Notes: a model not told the origin generated them from the letters alone. A stretch of 64,000 nucleotides of DNA from Spirulina sp. (GCA_044070495.1 JBIPSI010000014.1:64001-128000), one strand, 5' to 3'. Shown: positions 1 through 10,550, counted from the first letter of the stretch. A program made the numbers and translations.

Positions 1-2
1 AT

Positions 3-2402
3 CCCCAAATTGTGATTGACCTGCTGACCACCGACGACCTGGGCACCGCCCTAGAGCGGGCCATGCAGTGCGAGCAAATTAACGCTACCCGTCAGGAATT
101 GTGCCAGCAGATTGAGCAGGAAGCCGTGGCCTGGTGCGAGCAGCAGCAGGCGGCGGGAAATTTGAACCTACTGCGGGATCGGGTGCTGGTGGTGGTGCGG
201 CCCCAGTGGCACCACGGCGTAATTGGCATTGTGGCCTCGCGGCTAGTGGAGCGCTACGGCGTGCCCGTCTTCATCGGTACCTACGAGGACGAGGACGGTG
301 CGGTGATTCGCGGATCGGCACGGGGCATTCCAGAATTTGACGTATTTGAAGCCCTACAAAGCTGCCGCGACTTGATGGAAAAGTTTGGCGGCCACCATGC
401 AGCGGGGGGCTTTTCCTTCCGGGCCGACCACCTCCCGGCCATTCAAACCCGCCTCTCCCACTATGCCTGCCAGGTGTTGACCCCCGACTTGCTGAAGCCG
501 CTGATTTCCGTCGATGCCCAGGCCAACCTCAGCGACATCACCTACGCCCTCTACGAACAAATCGACCACCTCCACCCCTGCGGCATCGAAAACCCAGAAC
601 CCGTCTTTTGGACGCCCCAGGTGCAGGTCGTCGAACAGCAGATCGTAGGCCGCAACCGAGAACACCTCAAACTCATCCTGCGCCAGGGCGACACCACCAT
701 CAAAGCCATCGCTTGGCGCTGGGGAGACTATTTCCCGCTGCCGGATCGGGTGGATTTGGCCTATCGGCTCAAGCAAAACGAATGGCAAGGCGTGACCACC
801 GTAGAACTAGAACTCGTGGGTGTCCGACAAGAAGCACTCCCCCAGCAAGCCGTTTCACCAACGATAGAACCCCCCGTGAGATCAGCCCCCCCATCCGTCA
901 CCCCCACACCTGCCACTTCCACACCTGCCACCCCCACACCTGCACCTGCCACCCCCACACCCGCTACCACAAAACCCAAAGTCTCAGAATCCGCCCCATC
1001 GCCCCCCGCCCTTTCCTTAAACCCCAGCGTCCCAGCCGTGCCCTTTCGCTGTGGCCAGCGGGACTACTGGATTAGCCCCACCGAGGATCCGCAGCACCTG
1101 GCCATCACCAACGCCGAGGGCCACACCCTACAGATCAACCTAGCCACCCAGCAGGGTTCTCTCCTGGTGCCAGGACAGACGACCCAGGCCATTAACTTGG
1201 CATCTCCGGGCTATGCCACCCTGATTCAAGCGGGTGTGCAGGCCCTAGAGCAGTGGCGGCTGAGCCAGGATCTTCAGACCCAATCAACGGCCCTCGCCGC
1301 CAAGGATCAGCACATTCAAACCCAGGCGGAACAACTGGCGGAGCGCGACTGGCAAATCCAGGCCCAAGCTGCCCAGATCGCTGACTTAGAACGCCAGCTT
1401 CAAGCCCAAGCCACCCAACTGGCTGAACAAACCCAGCAAATCCAGGCCCTACAAACCCAGATTGCTCACCTCAAAGCCGCCCAAGCCCCTCAACCCCCGA
1501 TGCTTTTTGACCCTACAACACCAACCCTTGCAAATAGCCAGATTTCGGCGGCACCCCCCTCGGATACCAAGCCTTCAGTCCCCCAAAAAACACCCCAGAA
1601 GTCTCGAACAGCGAAGGATCCCGCCATCGAAACCCCCTCGCTGTTTGATCTGGCGTCCTTACCCCAGCCCTCGGATCCAGTGTCTGAACCTCCAACCCCA
1701 GCGACCTCGCCGAGTCCCAGAACCGCCCGCTGGCAGCAGCAGGTACGCACCGCCCTAGGCGATGGGGTGTGGTTTTGTCTAGCCAAGGCAACCCAGGAGG
1801 CATTGATCCTCACCTTTCAGCGGCAGGAGGAATTGGCTCTGCAAACGGCCGCTAATCGTACAGCGGACTATTCGGAGGTGGCCCTACCCCTGATAACGGC
1901 CCTGGAAACGGAAATTTGGTTGCCCCTCCTGACCGGACTCACCGATTACGGCCAGCACAGCCAAGATGCAGAGGTGATGCAACTGGCCCAAGCCCTCAGC
2001 CACCACGACCTAGGAATTCTGCCGGGGCTGGTGGCGGAATCCTGGAAAATTCTTTCAGACAAGACCCTGCAATCCTCCAGCAAACCGCGCCTGAGCCAAA
2101 AAACAATCCACGCCGAAACCTGGGGTGAAACCTGGCCCGTTGGCGATGATCCGCTTAACGACACCCATCGGGTGCTGCTCGACGAATTTTTGCAGGGCTG
2201 GGATCATCCCGTTTCCCGCTGGCTCACCACTCTGCCAGAGGAGGCCGCCACCGCCCTCGCCCAGGTCTATCAGCTTCACCAGATTGCCCTCGGCCCCGAT
2301 TCTCTGCTGCCCTGGCAATATCAACTGCTGCAACAGGGGGTGGTTGGCGAACGCCGCAAGGCTGGCATTCTTCCCCAAATTTTTGGCGAAGCAATCCTAT
2401 AG
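3..2402 (+). CDS. recJ: Single-stranded-DNA exonuclease RecJ, 5'-truncated by the window edge, with a ~520-aa C-terminal extension
   Basis: Frame is open from the window edge. RecJ DHHA1 motifs WHHGVIGIVASRLVERY, RGSARG, FGGHHAAGG and LHPCGIENPEP, and an OB-fold ending ELELVGVR. Then a Pro/Thr linker, a coiled coil and an extra helical domain. Confidence 0.9.
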   Translation, partial: PQIVIDLLTTDDLGTALERAMQCEQINATRQELCQQIEQEAVAWCEQQQAAGNLNLLRDRVLVVVRPQWHHGVIGIVASRLVERYGVPVFIGTYEDEDGAVIRGSARGIPEFDVFEALQSCRDLMEKFGGHHAAGGFSFRADHLPAIQTRLSHYACQVLTPDLLKPLISVDAQANLSDITYALYEQIDHLHPCGIENPEPVFWTPQVQVVEQQIVGRNREHLKLILRQGDTTIKAIAWRWGDYFPLPDRVDLAYRLKQNEWQGVTTVELELVGVRQEALPQQAVSPTIEPPVRSAPPSVTPTPATSTPATPTPAPATPTPATTKPKVSESAPSPPALSLNPSVPAVPFRCGQRDYWISPTEDPQHLAITNAEGHTLQINLATQQGSLLVPGQTTQAINLASPGYATLIQAGVQALEQWRLSQDLQTQSTALAAKDQHIQTQAEQLAERDWQIQAQAAQIADLERQLQAQATQLAEQTQQIQALQTQIAHLKAAQAPQPPMLFDPTTPTLANSQISAAPPSDTKPSVPQKTPQKSRTAKDPAIETPSLFDLASLPQPSDPVSEPPTPATSPSPRTARWQQQVRTALGDGVWFCLAKATQEALILTFQRQEELALQTAANRTADYSEVALPLITALETEIWLPLLTGLTDYGQHSQDAEVMQLAQALSHHDLGILPGLVAESWKILSDKTLQSSSKPRLSQKTIHAETWGETWPVGDDPLNDTHRVLLDEFLQGWDHPVSRWLTTLPEEAATALAQVYQLHQIALGPDSLLPWQYQLLQQGVVGERRKAGILPQIFGEAIL
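898..970 (+). repeat. Imperfect in-frame tandem repeat (CACCCCCACACCTGC-like) encoding a TPTPA linker in recJ
   Basis: Repeated cacccccacacctgc units; translation TPTPATSTPATPTPAPATPTPAT. Confidence 0.75.
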
Positions 2403-2436
2403 CGACGTATGGCCTGGTAGCCGGATTCGTCGCTGC

Positions 2437-2522
2437 CGTAGGTTGATTACAGCAACGCGGAACCCAACGCCACCGGGAATCTAGGGTCTGTTGGGTTCTG
2501 CTATCGCGCCACCCAACCTACG
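2437..2522. repeat. Inverted pair of GTAG-type REP hairpins (REPIN-like) between convergent recJ and hemC
   Basis: cgtaggttg...aacccaac at 2437-2468 and gttgggtt...cccaacctacg at 2490-2522 are inverted copies. Confidence 0.7.
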
Positions 2523-2574
2523 AAAAATCAGGGCTTTGTGAGGTTGGGTCAACTCGCCAAGTTGGTAGTTTGCT

Positions 2575-3552
2575 TTAGGCTCGGTTGGCGGCGTTGATTT
2601 CGTCCAAAATGGCCTGGGCACCTTGGCTACGAAGCTGCTGGGCCAGTTGGGTACCCAGGTCTTCGGCGGTGTCGGTGGGGCCAGAGACAACATCTTTGAT
2701 CAGCCGCTGACCGTCTAGGCTAGCCACTAGCCCCGTCAGGGTGAGGCTGTCGCCCTCTAGGACGGTGTTCACCCCGATGGGCACCTGGCAGCCGCCCTCT
2801 AGCTCTCGCAGGAAGGCCCGTTCTGCCAAGCAGCGGGCGGTGGTGGGTGCGTGGGACAACACGCTCAGCAGGTTGAGAATGGCATCGTCTCCGGTGCGGC
2901 ATTCGATGCCCAGTGCCCCTTGGCCCACGGCATGGAGGGAAATCTCGGCAGACAGCATTTCGTGGATGCGGTCGTCCATATCCATGCGGTGCAGCCCCGC
3001 CGCCGCCAGAATAATGCCGTCATACTCGCCCTCATCCAGCTTGCGCAGACGGGTATTGAGGTTGCCGCGAATGTCCTTAAATGCCAGGTGGGGGTAGTGG
3101 TGGCGCAGTTGGGCCAACCGCCGCAGGGAGGAGGTGCCAATCACGGAACCTTCGGGCAGGGTGGACAGGGTTTTGTCCTTGTGGCGCTCGTGGATAACCA
3201 GGGCATCGGCGGGGTCTTCCCGCTCGGTAATGCAGCCCAACATCAGCCCCGCCGGTAAGCGGGTGGGCAAATCCTTGAGGGAATGCACCGCGAAGTCGCT
3301 ATCCCCCCGCAGCATGGAATCCTCTAGCTCCTGGGTAAACAGCCCCTTGTCGCCAATTTTGGAGAGGGACACATCCAGCACCTTATCGCCCTGGGTGTCC
3401 ATGGTCACCACCTCGAACTGGAGGTCGGGGAAGTGTCGCTGGAGCTCATCGCGAACCCAGTGGGTTTGAATCAGCGCCAACTGGCTCTTGCGCGACACGA
3501 TGCGGATGGTGCGAGGGGTGGCCGAAACAGTAGAGGAGGCGGGGGATGGCAT
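2575..3552 (-). CDS. hemC: Hydroxymethylbilane synthase (porphobilinogen deaminase)
   Basis: [40 protein letters not shown] and [10 protein letters not shown] (cofactor Cys). Confidence 0.97.
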   Translation of the reverse strand: MPSPASSTVSATPRTIRIVSRKSQLALIQTHWVRDELQRHFPDLQFEVVTMDTQGDKVLDVSLSKIGDKGLFTQELEDSMLRGDSDFAVHSLKDLPTRLPAGLMLGCITEREDPADALVIHERHKDKTLSTLPEGSVIGTSSLRRLAQLRHHYPHLAFKDIRGNLNTRLRKLDEGEYDGIILAAAGLHRMDMDDRIHEMLSAEISLHAVGQGALGIECRTGDDAILNLLSVLSHAPTTARCLAERAFLRELEGGCQVPIGVNTVLEGDSLTLTGLVASLDGQRLIKDVVSGPTDTAEDLGTQLAQQLRSQGAQAILDEINAANRA

Positions 3553-3701
3553 GGTCTGTAAACGAATATGACTAAGTATGACGAACGATCAGCAACCGTA
3601 ATGACAGAACGTCACAGAATCTTTAGGGTACATTACGTCGGTACCCCCATCGGTATGCCCTAGGGAGATGTTAAGCGGTTGTCACACTTGGGGCCTCGGC
3701 T

Positions 3702-3841
3702 CCCTAGTCCAGAACCGTAGGGCGCATCCGCGAAGCCATGCACCAACGCCATATATCCCCAGTTTCCATACTAATCCGCCTGGTTTACCCCAGGCATCGG
3801 CGAACGAGGAGACCCAGCCCCTACGGCTTTTCGGCCTAGGG
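3702..3841. repeat. Degenerate inverted REP pair / small non-autonomous element
   Basis: Ends ccctagtccagaaccgtaggg and cccctacggcttttcggcctaggg are imperfect inverted repeats, each next to a REP-like hairpin. Confidence 0.5.
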
Positions 3842-3882
3842 ATTGGGGTTTTCTGAGAATCTGCGGTCTCAGAATCTGCGGT

Positions 3883-4383
3883 CTACACTGGGCCAATTAA
3901 CCGCCGCACCGCACTACCCACGGCACGACGCATCTGCTGTTTCCGTCGCCAGCGCTGAAATTCCTTGGTGTAGCTGTACTCATTGGGTCGATAGATCCGC
4001 CACCAGTTCCACAGTAGCTTGAGTGACCAGGGGCCAAAGACGAGATAAAGAATCCAGTTCCAAATCCAGCCACCTGTGAAGAGTTCAAACAGGAGAACGA
4101 ATCCGCCAAAGATTAGGAACTGGGTCAAACTGTGCTGAAACCGTTGTTTCCGTTCGCGATCAAACTGGCGCTGGTCGGCAATTTCGTATTTCTTTACATC
4201 CCATTCCCGCTCGGCTTCGGCTAGGGTTTCGGCGGAAATGCCCAGTTCTTCGGCAATTTCCAAAAGCTGGGCGCGGGACAGCTCGCCAGAGTCAACTTGG
4301 CGGGCCATGGCAATGCTGAGAATTTGCTGGGCGTCCTCCGCCGGATAGCAAAATGCATTGTCTTGATTATTTGGATGTGTCAT
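3883..4383 (-). CDS. Cyanobacterial 2TM-domain protein
   Basis: EDAQQILSIAMARQ...LSRAQLLEIAEELGIS helical N-terminus, two hydrophobic segments, EFQRWRRK tail. ATG 4383 preferred over the 4497 ORF start. Confidence 0.75.
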   Translation of the reverse strand: MTHPNNQDNAFCYPAEDAQQILSIAMARQVDSGELSRAQLLEIAEELGISAETLAEAEREWDVKKYEIADQRQFDRERKQRFQHSLTQFLIFGGFVLLFELFTGGWIWNWILYLVFGPWSLKLLWNWWRIYRPNEYSYTKEFQRWRRKQQMRRAVGSAVRRLIGPV

Positions 4384-4585
4384 ACCATTACCCCAGAACG
4401 GCCCGATTGCCACAACAACACCTATCCCCTTATAGACAAAATTTTGCCCATTGGGGGGAGAGATCGGGTACGGAAAACCCCGTACGGTAGGCGTCAACCC
4501 TGACAGGACGGGCGCTTAGCGCGTTGGAGCAGTCTGGGCCGTAGACGATACATCGTAATGCTTTGTAAGCCTTGGAGTGTGCATC

Positions 4586-4981
4586 ATGACCCAACTGGTT
4601 CAAGTTCGCCTAGACGACGGCACCGAAATTTACATGGAAGCCACCGAGGATGTGGTGGCCCCCACCCCTGGCGGCACCGATGCCTACAGCGACCCCTACG
4701 GCGAAACTACTCGCACCTCTAAGGGCTGGGGCGGCAGTGCCATGACCTCCTCCGCTGCCCAGGCAGCCCAGAGTTTTAAGGCCATTGAAAGCACCATTCG
4801 CACCTACACCAACTACACCATGAACGCCTTTCGCGACATGGCCTGCGCCAATGTGGAAAAGGTAACCCTAGAATTTGGCATTAAGGTGGGCGGCGAGGCT
4901 GGAGTTCCCTACGTCACCAAGGGCACCGCCGAGAGCAACCTAAAAATTACCGTGGAATGCTCCTTTGATGAGCGACCCTAG
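4586..4981 (+). CDS. CU044_2847 / Trypco1 (trypsin-co-occurring) family protein
   Basis: VRLDDGTEIYME start and VEKVTLEFGIKVGGEAGVPYVTKGTAESNLKITVEC C-terminal signature. GGAG upstream of ATG 4586. Confidence 0.75.
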   Translation: MTQLVQVRLDDGTEIYMEATEDVVAPTPGGTDAYSDPYGETTRTSKGWGGSAMTSSAAQAAQSFKAIESTIRTYTNYTMNAFRDMACANVEKVTLEFGIKVGGEAGVPYVTKGTAESNLKITVECSFDERP

Positions 4982-5057
4982 GCCTAGATAGCCAGCATCG
5001 TCTCGGCCCCAAGCCACACATCAACCCCCCAGCCGAGACGATGCCATTGAGAGTTAT

Positions 5058-5303
5058 TTATTTCGGAAAGATTTGATTGGTTAAATCTTCTCGACTGATG
5101 TCAAAATGTTCTGCGATAGCTTTCAGGATGGCATTGAGTGTGCCAATCTTTATCGGGCTGTGGTTCGGCACGGTAATGTGATGTACCCCATTTTGTTGGG
5201 TGGTTAAGCGCAGATGGCTGCCCGTTTGGCGATCAACGGTGTAGCCTAGTGTTGCCAATGCTTTTGCCAACTGCTGCCCGGTCAAATCTCTGGGCAGTTT
5301 CAT
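5058..5303 (-). CDS. hicA: HicA-family toxin
   Basis: 81 aa; LATLGYTVDRQTGSHLRL...ITVPNH...GTLNAILK. Overlaps the upstream gene by ATGA. Confidence 0.85.
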   Translation of the reverse strand: MKLPRDLTGQQLAKALATLGYTVDRQTGSHLRLTTQQNGVHHITVPNHSPIKIGTLNAILKAIAEHFDISREDLTNQIFPK

Positions 5304-5506
5304 GCCACGATAACCTCTTCTTGAACAATGTGGAGGCGAATTAACTTCGGTCGTTCGTCATCGTCAAAGTGGCATTGCACCGCATCGCGTACCATGGCGC
5401 GCAATGCTATTAAATCTTCTGCCTGGGTAAAGATGGGCTCGCCCATGGCTTGAGCGTGGTACCCTCCTTCGGGATCTTCTTCAACCAAAAAAATAATTTC
5501 AGTCAT
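5300..5506 (-). CDS. hicB: Short HicB-like antitoxin
   Basis: 68 aa; IIFLVEEDPEGGYHAQA...IFTQAEDL..LRAMVRDAVQCHF. Translationally coupled to hicA. Confidence 0.75.
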   Translation of the reverse strand: MTEIIFLVEEDPEGGYHAQAMGEPIFTQAEDLIALRAMVRDAVQCHFDDDERPKLIRLHIVQEEVIVA

Positions 5507-5662
5507 GGTTTGTGGATGCCTAACGTTAGGTAATTAGGTGGGGTGAAGCGGTGATTTTGATCAGTGTGCCAGAAACCAATGTTACGGCCAAGCCGGGTGT
5601 TGATAGCCACGGTGTTGGTCACCCTAAGGACAAAGTAATGCTCTGACGCTCTGCCCGACGTC

Positions 5663-8218
5663 TTATTCCTCTGGATTTGGGGCCAGGTTGGCTAAGCGCT
5701 CTACGGTGGTGCGCCAGGTGTCGATTAGGGCGGGTGTCCAGATCCAGCGCAGGCCGAGGACTCTGGGATCGAGGATGGTGGGGTCGAGGTTGATCGCCAT
5801 CAGCAGGTAGTCGTTGGCGCGGTTGAGGGCGGTTTGGCGTTCGGCGGGGTCGGGGGTTTGTTCGCCTCGGCGGGCGTAGGCCATGGTGAGGCCCGCGATG
5901 GCGTTGGTGGTAAAGGCGGAAGCTACCTGGGAAGGGCGGTCGGGGTTGCGATCCCGCAGTTGGGCTTGGTCGAGGCGGAGGGCGGTTTCCCAGGCTTCAA
6001 TGGCGAGGTCGTTGTCGGCCAGCACATAGTGGGCAAAGCCCAGGGCAACCCAGGCTTCTGGGAAGTCTTCCCTGGCTTGGATGGCTTGGCTCCAGGCGCG
6101 ACGGGCATCGTAGGGGGTGGCCCCTTGGTCGCCCAGGACGGCCTGCTGCCAGAGCAAGCGCCCCCGCACAAAGGCAAGATCCGCATCGAGCAATTGATCG
6201 GCATCGGCGGCAGCTAGCACCGATTGGGCGGCGGCCAGGTCGCCCTGATCCAGCAGTTGTTCGATGGATCGGCGGGCTTGGGCAGGGCGGTCGGTGGTGA
6301 GGAACTGAATCGCTTGCAGAACAATCACGCCATTGCCGCTACTGGAAATTGGCCCCTCGGTTAGGTTAGACGCATTGCCGTCGGTGGGCGGACGGGGGCT
6401 TTCCCAGTCGGGCGACAGGGGCGGACGGACGAGATTCCCTGGGTTGGGCCGCAGGGCTACTCCTAACGCTACGGCGGATCCAAAGGCCAGCACACCCGCC
6501 AAACCCCAGCGCCAGGGGGCAGGCACGGCCTCTAGGGCTTGGCGAAGGGGGGCGGCGGCTTCGGTGAGGACGGCAACCCAGGATTTGGCCTGGGGCGGAT
6601 GGGGGGGCACGGTGGATCCGCCCACCACCACGACGCGATGGGGGACGGGGGCATCCACGGGGGCATCCACGGGGGGAACAGGGGACGGGGCAACGGGATC
6701 GGTGGGGCGCTGGATGCTGGGATGGAGGGGATCGGGAGTAGGAGCCGTGAGTTGTTGGACGAGGTTGGCCACGGGATCTTCCTCTGGGGGAGGGGAGGTG
6801 TCCAAATCGGTCAGCCAGTCGCCAATCGCAGAGGATGAGGGCGGTGGCGTGGTGAGGGCGGCATGGCCAGAGAAGACCTCCTGAGCCAAGCTGGAGATAT
6901 CGGGATCGGTGCTGTAGTCGGGGGGGATGAGGCCGGAATCGAGGTCAATTTCCTCTAGATTCAGGGTTTCCAGCAGATCCTCGGCGTGGGCTTCTGGGGC
7001 GGCGAAGAGGTAGCCATCAAAGCCGGGCCGCAGGTAGAGGATGGGCAGCATCCAGAGGGGTTGGCGGGAACCATGGGCGGCCATCAACCCCTGGCGCACC
7101 CGACTGAGGCAGACATCCGCCGGATAGCCCTGGCGCAGGTTGCGGTAGAGCAGTTGGGTAAAGGTGATGGCCACATCGTCGGGGATGCGGTCGGCCATGG
7201 CAATGACGCCGGGAACACCCCTGGCCACTAGGGCCTGCACTAGGTTTTGCAAGCGCCAGTCGGAGGTGGCGTCGGGGTTGGGGGTGTAGGCTCCGCGACA
7301 GGAGTTGAACACGGCCAGCCAAATGCCATTATTCACCAACAGGCCCGCCAGTTCCTTGCCACTGAGGCTTTCGGTGAGGCCGTTGTGGCGGTTGACCAAA
7401 AATAGATCGCCGCCGCTGCCGCTGGGATCTCGGTCGTTGGGGCCTTGGTCAAAGCTGGCGTCGCTGTGGCCTGCGTAGTGCAACACCTGAAAATTTCCCT
7501 GTTCGAGGGCCTGCACCAGTTCGGCCCGACCGGGTTGTTCCAGTAAGGTGATCTGAATATCGAGGGGTTGCCGCAGGCGGACGCTGGGATGGGCCACGGG
7601 GCTGGGGCGGCTGGGGGGCGAGGCCAGATCGGCCATCAGGGGCTTGATTTCGCGGGTGAGGGATAGGCGGTGCTGGTCGCTGGGGGCTGAGACCACCATC
7701 AGCACGCGCAGGGGTTCGGGGGCAGGGGCCAGGGGCGGCAGGGTGGCCAAATCGACGGTGTTGGGGCCTTGGTAATAGCGACAAAGGGTGATATCCATGC
7801 CCGTTGCCAGGGGCCGATCCTCGCCGTAGAGCAGTTCCCAGGGTAGGCTTTGCAGACGGCTATCCTTGAACCCCAGACGCAGGCGCAGGGGTTGCTGAAG
7901 GTGTTGGGCCACCCCCTGGGCGGCCACCCAGCTATCGCGAATGCGCCCCTGAAAGAGGTGTTGATAGAGATCCTGCCCTAGGTGAATGGCGATCTCCGAT
8001 TCCGAACCTTGGGATCCCCTATCACCGGGGGAAGCATCGCTCAAAAGCTGGTGTAGCGGGTCTTGCAGGAGAGCTTCGGCCTGGGCCAGCCAGTCGGCCA
8101 CGGGCCAAGTTACCTGGGTTTCGGCCAGGGGCACCCCCGCCGCCACAGCCTCCGTGCGCAGCAGATAGGTATCCTGACCCGTTACGGGGGTAATGGAGAT
8201 GTGAAACTCTTGAATCAC
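5663..8218 (-). CDS. hetF: HetF-like CHAT (caspase-like) protease with transmembrane helix and C-terminal TPR
   Basis: N-terminus MIQEFHISITPV...GVPLAETQVTWPVADWL matches HetF. LPWELL, catalytic HYAGHS and FNSCRG motifs, Pro-rich linker, TM segment, TPR-like repeats. Confidence 0.85.
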   Translation of the reverse strand: MIQEFHISITPVTGQDTYLLRTEAVAAGVPLAETQVTWPVADWLAQAEALLQDPLHQLLSDASPGDRGSQGSESEIAIHLGQDLYQHLFQGRIRDSWVAAQGVAQHLQQPLRLRLGFKDSRLQSLPWELLYGEDRPLATGMDITLCRYYQGPNTVDLATLPPLAPAPEPLRVLMVVSAPSDQHRLSLTREIKPLMADLASPPSRPSPVAHPSVRLRQPLDIQITLLEQPGRAELVQALEQGNFQVLHYAGHSDASFDQGPNDRDPSGSGGDLFLVNRHNGLTESLSGKELAGLLVNNGIWLAVFNSCRGAYTPNPDATSDWRLQNLVQALVARGVPGVIAMADRIPDDVAITFTQLLYRNLRQGYPADVCLSRVRQGLMAAHGSRQPLWMLPILYLRPGFDGYLFAAPEAHAEDLLETLNLEEIDLDSGLIPPDYSTDPDISSLAQEVFSGHAALTTPPPSSSAIGDWLTDLDTSPPPEEDPVANLVQQLTAPTPDPLHPSIQRPTDPVAPSPVPPVDAPVDAPVPHRVVVVGGSTVPPHPPQAKSWVAVLTEAAAPLRQALEAVPAPWRWGLAGVLAFGSAVALGVALRPNPGNLVRPPLSPDWESPRPPTDGNASNLTEGPISSSGNGVIVLQAIQFLTTDRPAQARRSIEQLLDQGDLAAAQSVLAAADADQLLDADLAFVRGRLLWQQAVLGDQGATPYDARRAWSQAIQAREDFPEAWVALGFAHYVLADNDLAIEAWETALRLDQAQLRDRNPDRPSQVASAFTTNAIAGLTMAYARRGEQTPDPAERQTALNRANDYLLMAINLDPTILDPRVLGLRWIWTPALIDTWRTTVERLANLAPNPEE

Positions 8219-8411
8219 CAGTGCCGACTCTTAATAAAGGCTTGCAAACCCCAGGCAGGGCCGCAAGGGACAGGTATTATGTGGATAATTTTCGCGCCCT
8301 AGCGGGCCATTTCCGGGAGTTCGACCTATTTTTTTACCCCGTCGCCGTTCCTATCCCCTCCAAGGTAAATCATCCTGTCCGATCCAGCGACTGCCGCAAT
8401 TTCCGCACCAT

Positions 8412-10550
8412 TTGGGCGGGCGTTGGGCGGCCCTATGCAGTGCGGCCCTAGTCGGTGCCCTGGGCTTTCCCCTAGGGACTGAAATGGCCGTTCAGGCCGC
8501 CATTGTTACTGTCGGGTTTGAAACCGATCTGGAGGCCGAATTCCCCTCCCCTCTATCCACCGAAGAACAGGATTGGCTAGAGATCCTGCAATCGGTACAG
8601 CAGCCGCAGATCCTCAGCGATCTTAGCCCCGACGGTACCACCCTCTTGGTGTCCGTGGCCCCTCGCCTCGGTGCCGATCCACCGATCCTCTATTTCCTTG
8701 ATCTAGAGACAGGAACCCTAACCGAAGCCTTGGATCTTCAGTACGAGGTGGCCAGCCCCACGGGGCTAGTGCGCTGGGTGGACAACGACACCCTACGCTT
8801 CGTGCAGCAGAATCCCTTTGGGGCGTGGGAGATTGTCACCCTCAATCGCACTACAGGCATTGTGTCGCGCACCCAGGTCTCTCCCACGGGCGAGGAAGCG
8901 GGGGAAATTCTGGGGGTCTCCCCCGACTTTTCTAAGCTGGCTGTCCGGGTCTACGAAGCGGATGAGGACGTGGTGTTCTTAGTCTTTCTGGATACTCTGC
9001 AACGGCTGGAAGTAGCCCGTTTGCCCCAGGATTTTGCCCTTCAGCCCCCTACCTGGTCGGCGGATGGTCAGCACATGGCCCTCGTCACCGCCGCCCTCGA
9101 TACCGACCGCATCTACGACCGCAGCCCCAATAGTCCGAACTGGGCCAGTGCGGTAGTACAGGACGCCCTAGGCCGCACGCCCCCCCAAGACAACCCCCTG
9201 CGCCAGCACAATGCGGTGCGCCTGTTTGACCTTTCCCAGGCCGAACCCCTGCGGGTTGAACTGCGGGCCGATGCTGGCAACGGCGATAGTTTTGCTGCCG
9301 CCAGCGTCAGCCCCGATGGCCGTCGTCTGTTGGTCAAACGCTACCGCCCCGCCCGTCTGGCTGGACGCCCCCACCCCACCTACCTGTTCCCCGATTCGGC
9401 CTACTACCAGGTCTACGACTCAGACGGCACCCTCCTCCACACCATCGATGCCCCTGCCCTGCAAGGCCCCCAGGAATCTGAGGGCTGGTTTTTGGGGCCA
9501 GATCGGCTGCTGTTTTGGGCGGCCCATGGCCACAATCGCCCCCTGTGGATTTACGACCTTACCCAGCGACGACTCCAGCCCATTCCCCTGCCCCCAGGTT
9601 CTGTGGATCCAACCGCCCTGGCCCTCAGTTCCGATGGCGACACGGTGATTTACGGTTTTTCCTCCGTCACCCAGCCCCCAGAACTCTTTCGCTTCCAGGC
9701 TGGCGATTCGGCCTCACCCAGCGCCATCACCGACATCAACGCCGACCTCCAGACCGTCAATCGGGTGCAGTATCAGCCCATTCAGTTCACTACCGCACAG
9801 GGGCTACGGCGCGGCTTTTTGGTGCAGCCAGCGGGGCAAGCCTTTCCGCCCCAGGGGGTGCCCCTAGTGTTTTGGCAGGAGGGTGGCCCAGGGTTTTCCA
9901 TGGCCAATGAGTTTGCAACGGAGGTCGAGGCTCCCCTGAATTTGTTGCCCAACTTTGGCGTTGCCGTGTTGGTCGTCCCCCTCACCGGGCGCGAGGGTTT
10001 TGGCCCCGCCTTCTACCGCGCCCAGGCCGAGGGGCAAAACTTTGGCCGCATTGACCTAGCCGAGGGCCGCGATATTGTGCAGCAGGTGGTGCAGCAGGGC
10101 TGGGCCAAGGCGAGCCAAATCGGCGTTAGCGGCTGTTCCTACGGGGGCTACTTTGCCGCTCAAAGCCTGCGCCAGTTTCCCGGTCTGTTTGCCGCCGCCA
10201 ACCCCCAGTGCTCCCTGCTCGATACCCTGACCGAATGGCAACTGGGCTATTCCGCCCTGCTCTCCTACCTGGTGGGGCAAGCGCCGATGGAAGATCCCGC
10301 CGCCTATACCGCCATTTCTCCCCTCTACGGAGCCACCCAGATTACTACCCCCACCCTGATGTTCCACGGCAGCGAAGACTTCCTACAGATTGACGTGGCT
10401 CGCAATTTCCACGACATGCTAGAAGCCGCCGGAGCCCCCGTCACCCTCTACGAATTTGAAAACACGGGCCACGGCATTGCCGATCCTCAGTTTCAGGCCC
10501 TCGCCGCCCAGATGCAAATTCAGTTTTTCCGCCAGTACCTCACCCCCTAG
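8412..10550 (+). CDS. Exported S9-family (prolyl oligopeptidase-like) peptidase
   Basis: SPDG beta-propeller repeats, nucleophile GCSYGG, FHGSED and ENTGH triad motifs. TTG start uncertain. Confidence 0.85.
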   Translation: MGGRWAALCSAALVGALGFPLGTEMAVQAAIVTVGFETDLEAEFPSPLSTEEQDWLEILQSVQQPQILSDLSPDGTTLLVSVAPRLGADPPILYFLDLETGTLTEALDLQYEVASPTGLVRWVDNDTLRFVQQNPFGAWEIVTLNRTTGIVSRTQVSPTGEEAGEILGVSPDFSKLAVRVYEADEDVVFLVFLDTLQRLEVARLPQDFALQPPTWSADGQHMALVTAALDTDRIYDRSPNSPNWASAVVQDALGRTPPQDNPLRQHNAVRLFDLSQAEPLRVELRADAGNGDSFAAASVSPDGRRLLVKRYRPARLAGRPHPTYLFPDSAYYQVYDSDGTLLHTIDAPALQGPQESEGWFLGPDRLLFWAAHGHNRPLWIYDLTQRRLQPIPLPPGSVDPTALALSSDGDTVIYGFSSVTQPPELFRFQAGDSASPSAITDINADLQTVNRVQYQPIQFTTAQGLRRGFLVQPAGQAFPPQGVPLVFWQEGGPGFSMANEFATEVEAPLNLLPNFGVAVLVVPLTGREGFGPAFYRAQAEGQNFGRIDLAEGRDIVQQVVQQGWAKASQIGVSGCSYGGYFAAQSLRQFPGLFAAANPQCSLLDTLTEWQLGYSALLSYLVGQAPMEDPAAYTAISPLYGATQITTPTLMFHGSEDFLQIDVARNFHDMLEAAGAPVTLYEFENTGHGIADPQFQALAAQMQIQFFRQYLTP

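Noticed and set aside
5663..8218. CHAT-TPR protein as an antiviral caspase system, or as evidence of heterocysts
   Set aside because: It matches housekeeping HetF, which is also present in non-heterocystous cyanobacteria; no defence partners are adjacent.
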